Of a DNA stretch of 64,000 nt, positions 1 to 9,760 are shown in pieces. Within the stretch, counting starts at the first letter, position 1. Each line of letters opens with the position of its first letter. The stretch covers positions 544,001 to 608,000 of the forward strand of contig CAWFFN010000008.1 in NCBI GenBank assembly GCA_963815115.1, given 5' to 3'. Made by a program: the position numbers and the translations under genes. Source of the DNA: an uncultured delta proteobacterium. Its GTDB lineage: Bacteria; Desulfobacterota; Binatia; DP-6. The notes beneath the pieces were generated by a model that saw only the letters and a program-made list of their open reading frames with translations, was not told the origin of the DNA and did no database searches.

Positions 1-2
1 CC

Positions 3-992
3 ATGCGGCGGCTCCTCACGACCCAGCTCGCGGCGTTCTACGACCCCAGGAGCAAGGTGCTCGCCGTCTCCACCGAGGCGGTGCGGGCCGAGGAGGGAGT
101 CGGGCTTCGCATCCTCGGCGCCGTCAGCGGACGCGATCCGGTGGGCGAGCTGGTGCTCGCGCACGAGCTCACCCACGCGCTCCAGGATCAGCACTGGGGC
201 ATTCCCAGCGAGGCGGAGGCGGCGACCGAATCACACGGCGACCGCATCCTCGCACGCCGCGCGCTCTTCGAGGGCGACGCGACCTGGGCGTCGTTCGCCT
301 GCGTTGCGGGTGCGACCCCGAATGCCGAGACGCGAGCCCGCGTGCTGTCGCAGCTGCGCCTGCTCTCCGAGAAGCTGAACGCCGCCTACCCGGACGCGCC
401 GGCGCTCCTGCGAGACGCGCTCGTCTTCCAGTACGAGGAAGGCGCGGCCTTCGTCGACCGGCTGCTCGCCCATGGGGGGTGGGCCGCCGTCGATCGCGCC
501 CAGGCCGATCCGCCGCAGTCGACCGAGCAGGTCCTGCATCCGGAGCGCTATCTCAACGCCCGCGACACGCCGGTCGACGTGGCGCTGAGCCCGACGCTCC
601 TCGAACGCGACGGCTTCACGCTGGTGATGTCCGATACGCTCGGCGAGCTGGGGGTGCGCACCCTCGCCGGCCGCTTCCTGCCGCCCCGGGATGCGGAACG
701 CATCGCCGCCGGCTGGGACGGCGACCGGCTCGCCGCGTTCGCTCGCGGACAGGACACGGTCATCGTGTGGCTGACGGCGTGGGACGGCGAAGCGGACGCG
801 GCCGAGTTCGCCGGCGCGTTCGCGGTGATCCAGCCCGAGGCGACCGTCCAGCGTCGCGGCGCGCGCGTGCTCGTGCTGCTCGGACCCGCCGCACCCGATC
901 TGGCGGATCGGATATGGCGCCAGCCGATCGGCGGTGGGAAACGCGCTCAGTCGCCTCCGATCGAGCCGCGACTGCACGGGACGTGCGGGTGA
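3..992 (+). CDS. putative zinc metallopeptidase / surface protein (HEXXH), 5'-partial
   Basis: AAFYDP, HELTHALQDQH and EGDAT motifs; frame probably begins before the window. Confidence 0.7.
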   Translation: MRRLLTTQLAAFYDPRSKVLAVSTEAVRAEEGVGLRILGAVSGRDPVGELVLAHELTHALQDQHWGIPSEAEAATESHGDRILARRALFEGDATWASFACVAGATPNAETRARVLSQLRLLSEKLNAAYPDAPALLRDALVFQYEEGAAFVDRLLAHGGWAAVDRAQADPPQSTEQVLHPERYLNARDTPVDVALSPTLLERDGFTLVMSDTLGELGVRTLAGRFLPPRDAERIAAGWDGDRLAAFARGQDTVIVWLTAWDGEADAAEFAGAFAVIQPEATVQRRGARVLVLLGPAAPDLADRIWRQPIGGGKRAQSPPIEPRLHGTCG

Positions 993-2017
993 TGGTCTGG
1001 CACCGGGTCTGCGCCGTCGTCCTGCTGGGCCTCGTCATCGGCGCAGGAACGGTCCGCGCGGCACCGCAGGAGTCGGCATACCGTCTCGTGAACACGATCC
1101 GTCTCGAGGGCACCGGAGGATCGGGCCAGATGGCGCTCGACACGGCGACGCGACGGCTCTTCGTGGTGCGCTCGACCCGCGTGACGGTCGTCGACCTCGA
1201 GCGGGGCCGCGAGGCCGGAAAGGTCACCGGGACGGCCGGTGCCAGCGACGTCGTCCTGGTTCCGGGGCTCGGCCGCGGCTTCACCAGCAACGGTGCCGCG
1301 AACACGGTCAGCATCTTCAGCCTCCGGACTCTCCGGGGCACTTCCGATCACCCCGCGACCGGTGCTCGACCCGCGGCCATCGTCTACGACCAGGCATCCG
1401 GGCGTGTCTTCACCATGAACGCCGACAGCAACAACGCCACGGCGATCAACGCGGCCGACGCCGCGGCGATCGGGACGGTTCCCCTCGGCGGAAGGCCGGG
1501 CGTCGCCGTGGCCGACGCTGCCGGCCGCGTGTATGTCGATCTCGAGGATCGCAACGAGATCGCCGTTGTCGATGCTCACGTGCTCCGCGTCGTTCGCCGG
1601 TGGCCGCTGGCGCCCTGCACGGCATCCACCGGCCTCGCCCTCGACCCGACGCACGACCGCCTGTTCTCCGCCTGTCGCGACGGCACGATGACGGTGCTCG
1701 ATACGGGGAGCGGGCGCGTGGTGGCGCGGATCCCGATCGGGCAATGCGTGAACGTGATGGGGTACGATCCCGGAACGGGGCTGATCTTCGCCGCGTGTAG
1801 CGACGGGACGTTGACGACGATCCGTCAGGAGTCGGCCGACGCCTACCGCGTCGCGGACGTGATCCGGACCGCCCCGGGCGTGCACGCCCTGGAGGTCGAC
1901 GCGCCGACGCACCGCCTCTACCTGACCGCGCGCGACGGGACCGCGCCGGGCGACGCGCAGCGCCGCGGGCCGCCGGCCGATCGCGGCCCGATGGCGCTCC
2001 TGGTCTACGAGCGGTAG
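992..2017 (+). CDS. YncE-family secreted beta-propeller protein
   Basis: ATG at 992 overlaps upstream TGA; signal peptide MVWHRVCAVVLLGLVIGAGTVRA; repeated propeller blades (GRGFTSNG, YDPGTGLIF). Confidence 0.8.
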   Translation: MVWHRVCAVVLLGLVIGAGTVRAAPQESAYRLVNTIRLEGTGGSGQMALDTATRRLFVVRSTRVTVVDLERGREAGKVTGTAGASDVVLVPGLGRGFTSNGAANTVSIFSLRTLRGTSDHPATGARPAAIVYDQASGRVFTMNADSNNATAINAADAAAIGTVPLGGRPGVAVADAAGRVYVDLEDRNEIAVVDAHVLRVVRRWPLAPCTASTGLALDPTHDRLFSACRDGTMTVLDTGSGRVVARIPIGQCVNVMGYDPGTGLIFAACSDGTLTTIRQESADAYRVADVIRTAPGVHALEVDAPTHRLYLTARDGTAPGDAQRRGPPADRGPMALLVYER

Positions 2018-2056
2018 GGGCGCGCAGCATCGGCGTCTCGGTGTGGGCTAGGAGCG

Positions 2057-2342
2057 CGACCCGAGACTTCGTCTCGGGTCGAGACGGAGGGCGAGAATGG
2101 ACTGCATGAACAATGCGAACGTCGTGCCGCGGCCGGCGTAGCCGGCGCGGCAAACGTTCCGGAGTGCGACTCTGGAGCTGAGAACGGCATGCGTGTGGGC
2201 CGGTCAGCACGGATTGGGGACGGAGCCTTGGGCATGCCACGTTTTGCCGCGCCGGCTTTGCCGGCCGCGGCACGGCGTCCGCTCGATTCGCCGAACGCCA
2301 CACGCTCGCCCCGCTTTCGACCCGAGACGGAGGCTCGGGTCG
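2057..2342. repeat. four-hairpin intergenic repeat, copy 1 (REPIN/BIME/MITE-like)
   Basis: Terminal palindromes CGACCCGAGAC-N3-GTCTCGGGTCG at 2057-2081 and 2318-2342 (one mismatch); inner inverted arms at 2123-2157 and 2239-2274; same design at 25723 and 47527. Confidence 0.9.
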
Positions 2343-2347
2343 CTCTC

Positions 2348-3139
2348 CTAGGCGAACCGGAAGCGGCCGTCGGGCTCCGCGACGACCGCACCCTCGTGCT
2401 CGAGCTTGGTGAGGTGTGCCCGGACGGTGAGCGCTGCGGCCCACGCGAGGCCCGGATGGAGGTCCACGTAGATGCGCCGCACCAGGTCCGCGATCTCCGA
2501 GGGCTCGTCGCGCAGCGCCTCGACGATCTGACGCTCGCGCAGCAGCCGGTGCGCCACGTACTCGTCGAGCAGCTCGTGCGGCCGCTCCACGGGTGGACCG
2601 TGGCCGGGAAAGATGCTTGCGACGTCGAGGGCACGCAGACGGCGCAGCGACTCGAGATAGGCCGCCATGTCCCCGTCCGGGGGCGCGATGATGGTCGTGC
2701 CGGTCGAGAGCACGGTATCCCCGGTGAACAGCCAGCGCCGCTCCGGCTCGTAGAGGCAGCAGTGGCCGGACTCGTGTCCTGGCGTGTGCACGACGCGCAG
2801 CCGGCCGCCCGGGTACGCGATCTCCTCGCCGTCGTCCAGGAGACGCGCCGGCGCGAGCGGGCGCCCGCCGACGGTGAAGTCGGCGCGGCCGTGATGAACG
2901 GCGATCGGAACGCCGAGGTCGAGCGCACCGCCGACGTGATCCGGGTGGATGTGCGTCAGGACGAGGCCGGCGATCCCGACACCGCTGGCCGACAGCCGGC
3001 GACGGTTCTCGTCGTCGAGCGGTGCGGCGTCGAGCTGCACGGCATCGTGCTCCCCCAGCAGGTACTGATTCGTTCCCGGACCGGTCATCAGGCCGGGGTT
3101 CGGCGCCAGCACGACGCGGAGGCCGGAAGCGAGCTCCAT
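2348..3139 (-). CDS. MBL-fold metallo-hydrolase (LACTB2-like, C-terminal winged helix)
   Basis: APNPGLMTGPGTN, THIHPDH, TPGH, GD and PGHG motifs. Confidence 0.9.
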   Translation of the reverse strand: MELASGLRVVLAPNPGLMTGPGTNQYLLGEHDAVQLDAAPLDDENRRRLSASGVGIAGLVLTHIHPDHVGGALDLGVPIAVHHGRADFTVGGRPLAPARLLDDGEEIAYPGGRLRVVHTPGHESGHCCLYEPERRWLFTGDTVLSTGTTIIAPPDGDMAAYLESLRRLRALDVASIFPGHGPPVERPHELLDEYVAHRLLRERQIVEALRDEPSEIADLVRRIYVDLHPGLAWAAALTVRAHLTKLEHEGAVVAEPDGRFRFA

Positions 3140-3141
3140 GC

Positions 3142-3651
3142 TCAGCGCTCGTCCATCCGCTCGAGGCGCGCGCGCGCCCGCCGGACGAGCGCCTGCTCGT
3201 CGGCATAGGGGATGTTCGCTTCCGCTTCCGCGAGCGAGAACCAGCGCACGGCGTCCATCTCGTCGTCGCGTTCGGCGAAGCGGCCGCCGCGATGGCGCAT
3301 CAGGAAGAAGCGGACGCGCTTCAGCACCCGCACCGCCGAGCCGCCGTCGTCGCGGCGCGCATACCAGTAGGTCACGTCGCCGAGCGTGTCCTCGACCTCG
3401 CCGAGGAGGCCGGTCTCCTCGCGCACCTCGCGCAGCGCGGCTTCCATCATGCTCTCGCCCTTCTCCACGTGCCCCTTGGGGATGCTCCACACCAGCGCTC
3501 CCTCACCGCCACGCCGGCGACCGCCGAGGCACACCTTCCAGCTCCCGCTCGCTCGCCGGTAGACGAGCCCGCCCGAGGACAGCTCGCGGACCAGCGGCAG
3601 CCGGTCCGCCGCGCTCCTCAGCCGTTGCGGTCGGTCACTGCCGCGAGCCAT
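3142..3651 (-). CDS. NUDIX hydrolase
   Basis: Nudix box PKGHVEKGESMMEAALREVREETG; start uncertain. Confidence 0.9.
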   Translation of the reverse strand: MARGSDRPQRLRSAADRLPLVRELSSGGLVYRRASGSWKVCLGGRRRGGEGALVWSIPKGHVEKGESMMEAALREVREETGLLGEVEDTLGDVTYWYARRDDGGSAVRVLKRVRFFLMRHRGGRFAERDDEMDAVRWFSLAEAEANIPYADEQALVRRARARLERMDER

Positions 3652-3956
3652 GTCAGGTAGGCTTCCGATCCCCCGGTCAGCGGCAGCGCCACGACCTCGG
3701 GCACCTCGTAGGAATGCAACCCACGCACGCGCTCGGCGAGCGCCTCCACATCGGCTGCTCGTGCCTTCATCACCAGGAGGTGCTCGTCGGCCTCCTCGAC
3801 GGCGTCCTGCCAGCGGTAGATCGAGCGGATCGGCCCGACGACGTTGACGCAAGCGATGAGGCGCTCCTCGACCAGCGCGCGGCCGATGCGCCGCCCCTCC
3901 TCGGCACTCGGAGCCGTCACCAGCACCACCACGAACTCGGCGGGCTCGGGGCTCAT
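3618..3956 (-). CDS. cutA: divalent-cation tolerance protein CutA
   Basis: LIACVNV, SIYRWQ and HSYEVPE motifs; ATGA overlap with upstream gene. Confidence 0.9.
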   Translation of the reverse strand: MSPEPAEFVVVLVTAPSAEEGRRIGRALVEERLIACVNVVGPIRSIYRWQDAVEEADEHLLVMKARAADVEALAERVRGLHSYEVPEVVALPLTGGSEAYLTWLAAVTDRNG

Positions 3957-5011
3957 CGCGCGCGGGCCTCTCGCGCGGGCGGCCGCACGCGCGCCAGGAT
4001 CTCCTCGTAGTCGAGCACGCCGGGGGGCAGCCGTCGCGCGGGCGCCGGGAGACGGCGGCCGAGACGCGCCCGCAGGCGCCTCAACCACGCCCGGCGCGGG
4101 AGCGCCGGCAGCTGGCCGGCGGCGCGCATCGGTGCCGTCAGCGCGTGCGTCGCCTGTGCCGGGATCAGCCGGCGTCGCACGAGATCGGCCAGCGAGTTCT
4201 CCAGGCGACGGGGCGTGTACCCGGAGCCCCCGGCGAGGCCGGCAGCCACGCTGGCGACGTCCTCGGGGTCGAGCCAGCCGTCGGCCGCGAGCACGAGCGC
4301 CGTCTGGAAGTAGTTGAACGTCGGCACCAGGCGCGCACCGAAGCGGGTGAAGAATGCGGGCGCCGTGCGCCGCTCCAGGTTGATGAAGATGCGCTCGACG
4401 CCGGCGAGCCCCGCCACCGCCGCGGCCAGGCCGCGCAGCGCGGGGACGATCTCGGGGTCGACGCCGATCCGCGCCAGGAGCGGCTCGAGCGCGCTCACCG
4501 CAAGCGTGCCCTCGACCACGTCGGCGTACAGCGAGTAGGTGAGCGGGTCGGATTCCCAGTCGTCCCCGAAGAGCAGCTCTCGGGTTCCGGCGGGACGCTC
4601 GGCACGCCCGCGAAAGAGCTCCGCGAGCTTGAAGCCGACGTGCTCGCGCAGGTTGCGAAACTTTCCGCGCCGCAGGAGCTGGAGCTGATCCTTGAAGACG
4701 ATGCCATCGTACGGCACGCCGTCGAGCCTCAGCTTGTCACGGATGGCGTGCCCGATCTGCGGCGGGCTCGCCGAGATGAAGTAGATGGCGAGCGGACGCG
4801 TGTGCCGGTCGGCCGCCGCCCGCAGTCCCTTCAGCAGATCGGTGACGCCCGGCACCACGACCTTGTCCTCGCCGCGCTCGCGCGCGGTTCGCCACATCTG
4901 GCGGAGGGTGTCGAACTCGCTGCGCAGGTAGGTCTTGTCGAGATCCCAGCGGCAGAGCAGCGGCGACGCCGCCGTCGCCCGCTCACGAGGTCTTCGGGAA
5001 AACAGGCTCAG
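3953..5011 (-). CDS. HAD-superfamily phosphatase (App1/LNS2 phosphatidate-phosphatase-like)
   Basis: WDLDKTYL (DxDxT), ISASP and FGDD motifs; no in-frame ATG/GTG/TTG between plsX stop and motif, so CTG at 5011 is proposed as start. Confidence 0.7.
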   Translation of the reverse strand: MSLFSRRPRERATAASPLLCRWDLDKTYLRSEFDTLRQMWRTARERGEDKVVVPGVTDLLKGLRAAADRHTRPLAIYFISASPPQIGHAIRDKLRLDGVPYDGIVFKDQLQLLRRGKFRNLREHVGFKLAELFRGRAERPAGTRELLFGDDWESDPLTYSLYADVVEGTLAVSALEPLLARIGVDPEIVPALRGLAAAVAGLAGVERIFINLERRTAPAFFTRFGARLVPTFNYFQTALVLAADGWLDPEDVASVAAGLAGGSGYTPRRLENSLADLVRRRLIPAQATHALTAPMRAAGQLPALPRRAWLRRLRARLGRRLPAPARRLPPGVLDYEEILARVRPPAREARAR

Positions 5012-6024
5012 CGCAGGCCTCCGATCGCATCCGCGATCTCGGCCGGCACGCGGTCGCGCACCGCCTTGGCCGCGACCTTGACCGCGTTCGCCACCGCCCG
5101 GGCGCTGGAGCGACCATGGCATTTGATGAAGAGCCGATCGAAGCCGAGGATCGGCGAGCCACCGTAGCGGCTGAAATCGGTGAGCGCGTGCACGCGCTCG
5201 ATGCCCTGAGAGAGCAGGCGCAAGCCCACGCGCCAGACGAGGCGGCGCTCGGCCGCCGCCTGCGCGATGTCGATCAGCACCTCGGAGACGCCCTCGAGCA
5301 GCTTGAGCGCGACGTTGCCGACGAAGCCCTCGCAGACGATGACGTCGGCCCGGCCGCGTACCAGGTCGTTGCCCTCGACGTTGCCGACGAAGTCGATCAT
5401 CGGCAGCGCGCGCAGGCGGCGGTTCGCCTCCACCAGCGCGGCTCCGCCCTTGGTGTCCTCGGTTCCCATGTTGAGCAGCCCGACGCGCGGATTCGGGACC
5501 TTCGAGATGCGCCGGGCATAGGCGCTGCCCATGAGCGCGAAGTGGACCAGCTCGTTGGCTTCGCAATGCACCGTCGCCCCGACGTCGAGCAGCAGCGCCA
5601 GCGGGTCCTGGCCCGGGTACTCCGTGTGCCGCGGGTACACGCAGGCGAGCGCCCCGCGCCGGATGCCCGGCAGGAGCTGGAAAACGCGCGCGGCGCCGAG
5701 GATGCACGCGCCCGTGTTGCCCGCCGACACGATGGCCTCGGCCCGCCCGTCGGCCACCGCGCGCAGCGCGACCAGGAGCGAGGCGTCCTTGCGCACGCGA
5801 ACGGCCTCGTGTGCGTCCTCGTCCATCCCGATCGCGTCACGGGCGTGCAGGATGGCGATGCGCTCGGGGTTGTAGGGCGCCGCCTCGAGGATGGCCTGGA
5901 GGCGGGCCTCGTCACCGACCAGCAGGCAGTCGATGTCGGTGCCGAGCGAGACCTCGGCGACGCCGCGCACGATCTCCTCGGGCGCATGATCGCCTCCCAT
6001 GGCGTCGACCGCGATGACCGGCAT
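5008..6024 (-). CDS. plsX: phosphate acyltransferase PlsX
   Basis: IAVDAMGGDHAP, SAGNTGA, LDVGA, CEGFVGN and KCHGRS motifs. Confidence 0.92.
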   Translation of the reverse strand: MPVIAVDAMGGDHAPEEIVRGVAEVSLGTDIDCLLVGDEARLQAILEAAPYNPERIAILHARDAIGMDEDAHEAVRVRKDASLLVALRAVADGRAEAIVSAGNTGACILGAARVFQLLPGIRRGALACVYPRHTEYPGQDPLALLLDVGATVHCEANELVHFALMGSAYARRISKVPNPRVGLLNMGTEDTKGGAALVEANRRLRALPMIDFVGNVEGNDLVRGRADVIVCEGFVGNVALKLLEGVSEVLIDIAQAAAERRLVWRVGLRLLSQGIERVHALTDFSRYGGSPILGFDRLFIKCHGRSSARAVANAVKVAAKAVRDRVPAEIADAIGGLR

Positions 6025-6031
6025 CGCCGGC

Positions 6032-6274
6032 CTACTCCGGCTCGCGCGCCAGCCGGGCGCGCAGCGCGGCGGGCGTCACCCGGTACTTGAATGCCTTGCG
6101 CCCGTTCACGAGGAGCACGGGAATCTCCTCGCCGTACGCCGCGACCAGGGCGGGATCGCCGTCGATGTCCACCTCCTCGAGCTCGAACGGCACGTCGGCG
6201 CGAAGCGCAACGACGACGGCGCGCATGTCGTGGCAGAGGTGGCACTCGGGCCGGCCATAGAGCGTGAGGCGCAT
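6032..6274 (-). CDS. glutaredoxin-like protein (DUF836 type)
   Basis: 80 aa; YGRPECHLC, EVDID and IPV motifs. Confidence 0.85.
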   Translation of the reverse strand: MRLTLYGRPECHLCHDMRAVVVALRADVPFELEEVDIDGDPALVAAYGEEIPVLLVNGRKAFKYRVTPAALRARLAREPE

Positions 6275-6291
6275 CGTGTGGTTGACGGCGG

Positions 6292-6320
6292 TTGACACCC
6301 CGAGACACCTCAAGTACAGA
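6292..6320 (+). promoter_or_regulatory. sigma70-like promoter for rplU-rpmA
   Basis: TTGACA-17 nt-TACAGA, 41 nt upstream of rplU ATG. Confidence 0.55.
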
Positions 6321-6361
6321 GCGTCGCTCGGCGCGGCAAGCCCGTCGTGCCGGTCCAGCCC

Positions 6362-6682
6362 ATGACCTACGCCGTCATCCGCACCGGAGGGAAGCAGTAC
6401 CGCGTCACGCCGGGAAGCGTGCTGCGCGTCGAGCGCCTGGCAGGCGACGTCGGTGCGAGCGTCGAGTTCCCCGAGGTCCTGCTCGCCGGAAGCGCCGAAG
6501 CGGACGCGCCGGTGCGCATCGGCCGGCCGCTGGTCGAGGGCGCGATCGTGCGCGGCGAGATCGTCGCCCAGGGTCGCGACCGCAAGATTCTCGTCTTCAA
6601 GAAGAAGCGCCGGAAGAACTACCGACGCCGCCGCGGACACCGCCAGAGCATCACGACCGTCCGCGTGACCGAGATCGCCTAG
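6362..6682 (+). CDS. rplU: 50S ribosomal protein L21
   Basis: MTYAVIRTGGKQYRV...KKRRKNYRRRRGHRQ. Confidence 0.98.
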   Translation: MTYAVIRTGGKQYRVTPGSVLRVERLAGDVGASVEFPEVLLAGSAEADAPVRIGRPLVEGAIVRGEIVAQGRDRKILVFKKKRRKNYRRRRGHRQSITTVRVTEIA

Positions 6683-6703
6683 GAGACGCGTAGGAGTCGA
6701 TCG

Positions 6704-6973
6704 ATGGCCCACAAGAAGGGACAGGGCAGCAGCCGGAACGGCCGCGACAGCCAGGGGCAGCGCCGGGGCGTCAAGATGTACGCGGGTCAGCAGGCCCGCG
6801 CCGGCAACATCCTCGTGCGGCAGGTCGGGACCCGCGTCCATGCCGGGCAGAACGTCGGCGTCGGTCGCGACTGGACGCTCTTCGCGCTGGTCGACGGCAC
6901 CATCAAGTACGAGCGCTGGGGCAAGGACCGCACCCGGGTGCGGATCGAGCCCGCGCCCAAGCCGCAGGCGTAG
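6704..6973 (+). CDS. rpmA: 50S ribosomal protein L27
   Basis: [16 protein letters not shown]; GGAG RBS. Confidence 0.98.
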   Translation: MAHKKGQGSSRNGRDSQGQRRGVKMYAGQQARAGNILVRQVGTRVHAGQNVGVGRDWTLFALVDGTIKYERWGKDRTRVRIEPAPKPQA

Positions 6974-7225
6974 GGTCACTTCGCGGACGCGACGGGTGAT
7001 CCGCTCCAGCTCGCGGCGGGCGTCCGCCAGCCGAGCCGGATCCGCGGCGGCGAGGTCGAGTCGACATCCGGGAACCAGGCGGTTGCGCGGCCGGCTGCCC
7101 TCGGGGCAGCCGGCCGTTTCCATTTTGGCTTGCGAGCGGGGTCGTGTGCCATCCTCGGGGGAGGCGGTTTTCAGGTCTGGAAACCGCTCGCCCACGTGAG
7201 AAAAAAGGACGTGCTCCCCGTGCGA

Positions 7226-7519
7226 ATGATCAGAACCAGAACCCCGCTGGCCCTGCTGGCTCTCGGCCTCGTGCTCATCGGCTGTCCGAGGAAGGCGTCC
7301 TGGATCGCCAACGAGCAGGGAGGCTACGCGCTGTTCGCGAACGTGGAGTCCATCGATCAGGCCGTGATCCGCTTCCAGCGAACCGCCCGGGATCTGTGCG
7401 GCACGTTGCCGTACAGCCTGAGCGAGCCCAGGATCATCGCGCAGGGGTTCCAGGGAGGTGCGTGGTCGCCGCCGACCAGCACGGTGACGGTGCGCGCCGA
7501 GCTGACCTGCAATCGCTAG
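7226..7519 (+). CDS. small putative lipoprotein
   Basis: Lipobox-like LVLIGC after hydrophobic stretch; two further Cys. Confidence 0.6.
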   Translation: MIRTRTPLALLALGLVLIGCPRKASWIANEQGGYALFANVESIDQAVIRFQRTARDLCGTLPYSLSEPRIIAQGFQGGAWSPPTSTVTVRAELTCNR

Positions 7520-7576
7520 TGTCTGCGGCGCGAGGCAGCCCCTTCCTCCGTGCGCGCTCCGCCGCTCGGGCCGGCG

Positions 7577-8689
7577 CTACTTCACCCGGATGCCGACGTA
7601 CGTGGCGTTGTTGGCCGCGGTGGCCTCGGTGAACTTGTTGTCGTAGTTCACGATGGCCCCGATGTAGCGTGTCGAGCCCGACGGGAGGGTCTTCGGGATC
7701 GTCACGTACGTGTTGTTCGTGGTCACGATCGACGATCCCAGCGCTCCGATGTTGCCCTGGGACAGGAACGTGTCGAGCGTCGTGATCAGGTCGTTGGTCG
7801 ACAGGTAGTATCCGATGTCCACGTTCTTCGCATTCCTGCCGAGGTTCTCGTACGTGAACTCGACCTTGACCGTCTGACCCTTCGAGACCTGGTAGCACCG
7901 CTCGGCGTTGTTGGTGCCACATGCGACCCAGGACAGCGGGTTGTCCGACGTGTCGTAGACCACGGTCCGGACGTGCGTGCTGTACTCCCCGCTCTTGCCG
8001 CCGTACTTCCAGTGCACCACGGAGACGTCCTCGTACTTGGAGGGCGGCCAGACGCCGTAGAGGCTGACCTCGCCGGCGATCCCCGATCGGCCCGCGTAGG
8101 GGCGCAGCGTGCTCCCGTTCGCGTTGATGAACGTCGAGTCGTCACCCATGATGTTGTACGAGGAATTGTTGTGGCAGAGCCCCAGGGCGTGCCCGAGCTC
8201 GTGGTTCGCCACCGTCCGGAACGTGCGCGACGGCCCACCATAGGCGCTCGATGACGACTTGCTCGTGCCGGACGTGTAGTTCCAGTTGGCGTCGAAGACG
8301 ACGTCGGTCTCCTCGATCTCCTCGCAGTCGTTCCAGCGCAGCGTGACCGCCGGAGCGCCCTTCAGGATGCTCTGGTCCGTCGAGAACCAGATCTCGTTCC
8401 TTCCATTGTCACGGCCGACGGAGTTCGTGGGATAGGTCATGTAGATCGTGAAGAAGCCGGGGCTCTGGTTCCACGCATCGCCGCCCGCGTGGATCGCATC
8501 CAGGAAGTTCGGGTCCTGGAAGCTCTTCTTGCCGAGCCAGAACGTGGCCTCGTTCACGGGCCATCGCATCTTGGCTCCATCGCACGTCGAGATGCAGAAG
8601 GCGGCGACGCTGGTGCAGTATCCGAGAGCGGCAAGGGCCGCGGCAGCCAGGAGCATGCTCCGGCAATGACTTCGGCTCGGGGTGTTCAT
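7577..8689 (-). CDS. secreted matrixin-like (metzincin) metalloprotease with C-terminal Ig/CARDB-like domain
   Basis: Signal peptide; HELGHALGLCH plus Met-turn (NIM); YYLSTND...YIGAIVNYDN..E....NN C-terminal pattern. Confidence 0.85.
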   Translation of the reverse strand: MNTPSRSHCRSMLLAAAALAALGYCTSVAAFCISTCDGAKMRWPVNEATFWLGKKSFQDPNFLDAIHAGGDAWNQSPGFFTIYMTYPTNSVGRDNGRNEIWFSTDQSILKGAPAVTLRWNDCEEIEETDVVFDANWNYTSGTSKSSSSAYGGPSRTFRTVANHELGHALGLCHNNSSYNIMGDDSTFINANGSTLRPYAGRSGIAGEVSLYGVWPPSKYEDVSVVHWKYGGKSGEYSTHVRTVVYDTSDNPLSWVACGTNNAERCYQVSKGQTVKVEFTYENLGRNAKNVDIGYYLSTNDLITTLDTFLSQGNIGALGSSIVTTNNTYVTIPKTLPSGSTRYIGAIVNYDNKFTEATAANNATYVGIRVK

Positions 8690-8726
8690 CGCAATTCTCC
8701 AATCGGGTTGTGGGTTTGGTGACACG

Positions 8727-9611
8727 CTAGAGGCGGGGGTCGCCGCCGTTCGCCAGGTACAGCTCGAGCTCCCTCGCCTCCTCGGCCGACGTGGCGGGCG
8801 CGGGGTCGACGGGCTCGGGAGACCTGGAAGCACGGGAGGCGGGTGCGTGCTCGGGCACCAGGGCGAAGCTGAAATCGTCGTGGATGTCGGCCGAGACCAG
8901 GGGACGCTGCCGCTTGAGCTCCCGGCGGGAGAGGGTGGATCGGATCATCCGCTCGAGGAAGGAATCGAAGTCCTCGCCGCGCATGTGACGCCACCCGGGC
9001 GGGGTCTCGAGCTGCGCGGGCGGGCCATAGTTCCCGCTCGCGTCCGGCTCCAGGATCTGGGCCTCGAATCGATGGCCACCGATCACGTCGGAATCGACGT
9101 CGGGCAGCCGGTGCTCCGGCCCGAAGGCCAGAGCGCCATCGGCATCCAGGTCGACCTCGTTGCCGAGCGCCGTGTAGGTCATGCCGTCGATGATCCGGAA
9201 TCGCCCCTGCGCGCATCCGATCAGAGGGCACGACGACTCGCCGTTCCCCTCCACCATGAGGATGTCCCGGTCACCGACGTCGAAGAGCGGGTAGCCAGAG
9301 ACTTGCAGGGAACGTCCCCCTGGCGTCGCACCTCCGAGGAACCGCAGCGTGACGGTCTGAAGCCCGCCCGGATCGCCCTTGTAGACCTTCCGGATCTCGA
9401 ACGTGACGAACGTGTGGGGCATCGCGCCCTCGGTCTTCGAGGGCCGCGAGGACTTGTAGTCCACCGCCCTGACGACTCCTTCGAAGATGAAATCCGACCC
9501 GTGCAGTGAATCGACGAATCTCGCGCTCGAGAGCTCGGGATGTGCCAGGGCGAGCCCGGGACCGACCTGCACGAGCAGCGCTCCCAGCAGCATCGTGGTG
9601 AATCCGCGCAT
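8727..9611 (-). CDS. secreted hypothetical protein resembling a protease pro-domain
   Basis: Signal peptide; IFEGVV...TFVTFEIRKVYKG...LRFLGG...GYPLFDVGDRDIL...QGRFRI pattern; GGAGG RBS. Confidence 0.65.
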   Translation of the reverse strand: MRGFTTMLLGALLVQVGPGLALAHPELSSARFVDSLHGSDFIFEGVVRAVDYKSSRPSKTEGAMPHTFVTFEIRKVYKGDPGGLQTVTLRFLGGATPGGRSLQVSGYPLFDVGDRDILMVEGNGESSCPLIGCAQGRFRIIDGMTYTALGNEVDLDADGALAFGPEHRLPDVDSDVIGGHRFEAQILEPDASGNYGPPAQLETPPGWRHMRGEDFDSFLERMIRSTLSRRELKRQRPLVSADIHDDFSFALVPEHAPASRASRSPEPVDPAPATSAEEARELELYLANGGDPRL

Positions 9612-9760
9612 GATGACCTCCTCGGGACCGGGGTAGTTTCGGCTGCTCTCGCCGACTCGTCCGCCCGCCGCACGTTGTCGTGCTCCGGAGGCGGATGGAG
9701 CCGGGATCGAAGCCGCACACCCGTGGCGTTACACGCCGTGGAACATCGTGTCGGACCGCG

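Noticed and set aside
2057-2342. Palindromic repeat as a simple rho-independent terminator or mini-CRISPR
   Set aside because: No U-tracts; units are inverted rather than direct repeats, and one copy lies between co-oriented genes
6974-7225. Possible small gene or tRNA/att site at the left edge of the island
   Set aside because: No tRNA cloverleaf, no convincing ORF and no direct repeat matching the obgE side seen by eye
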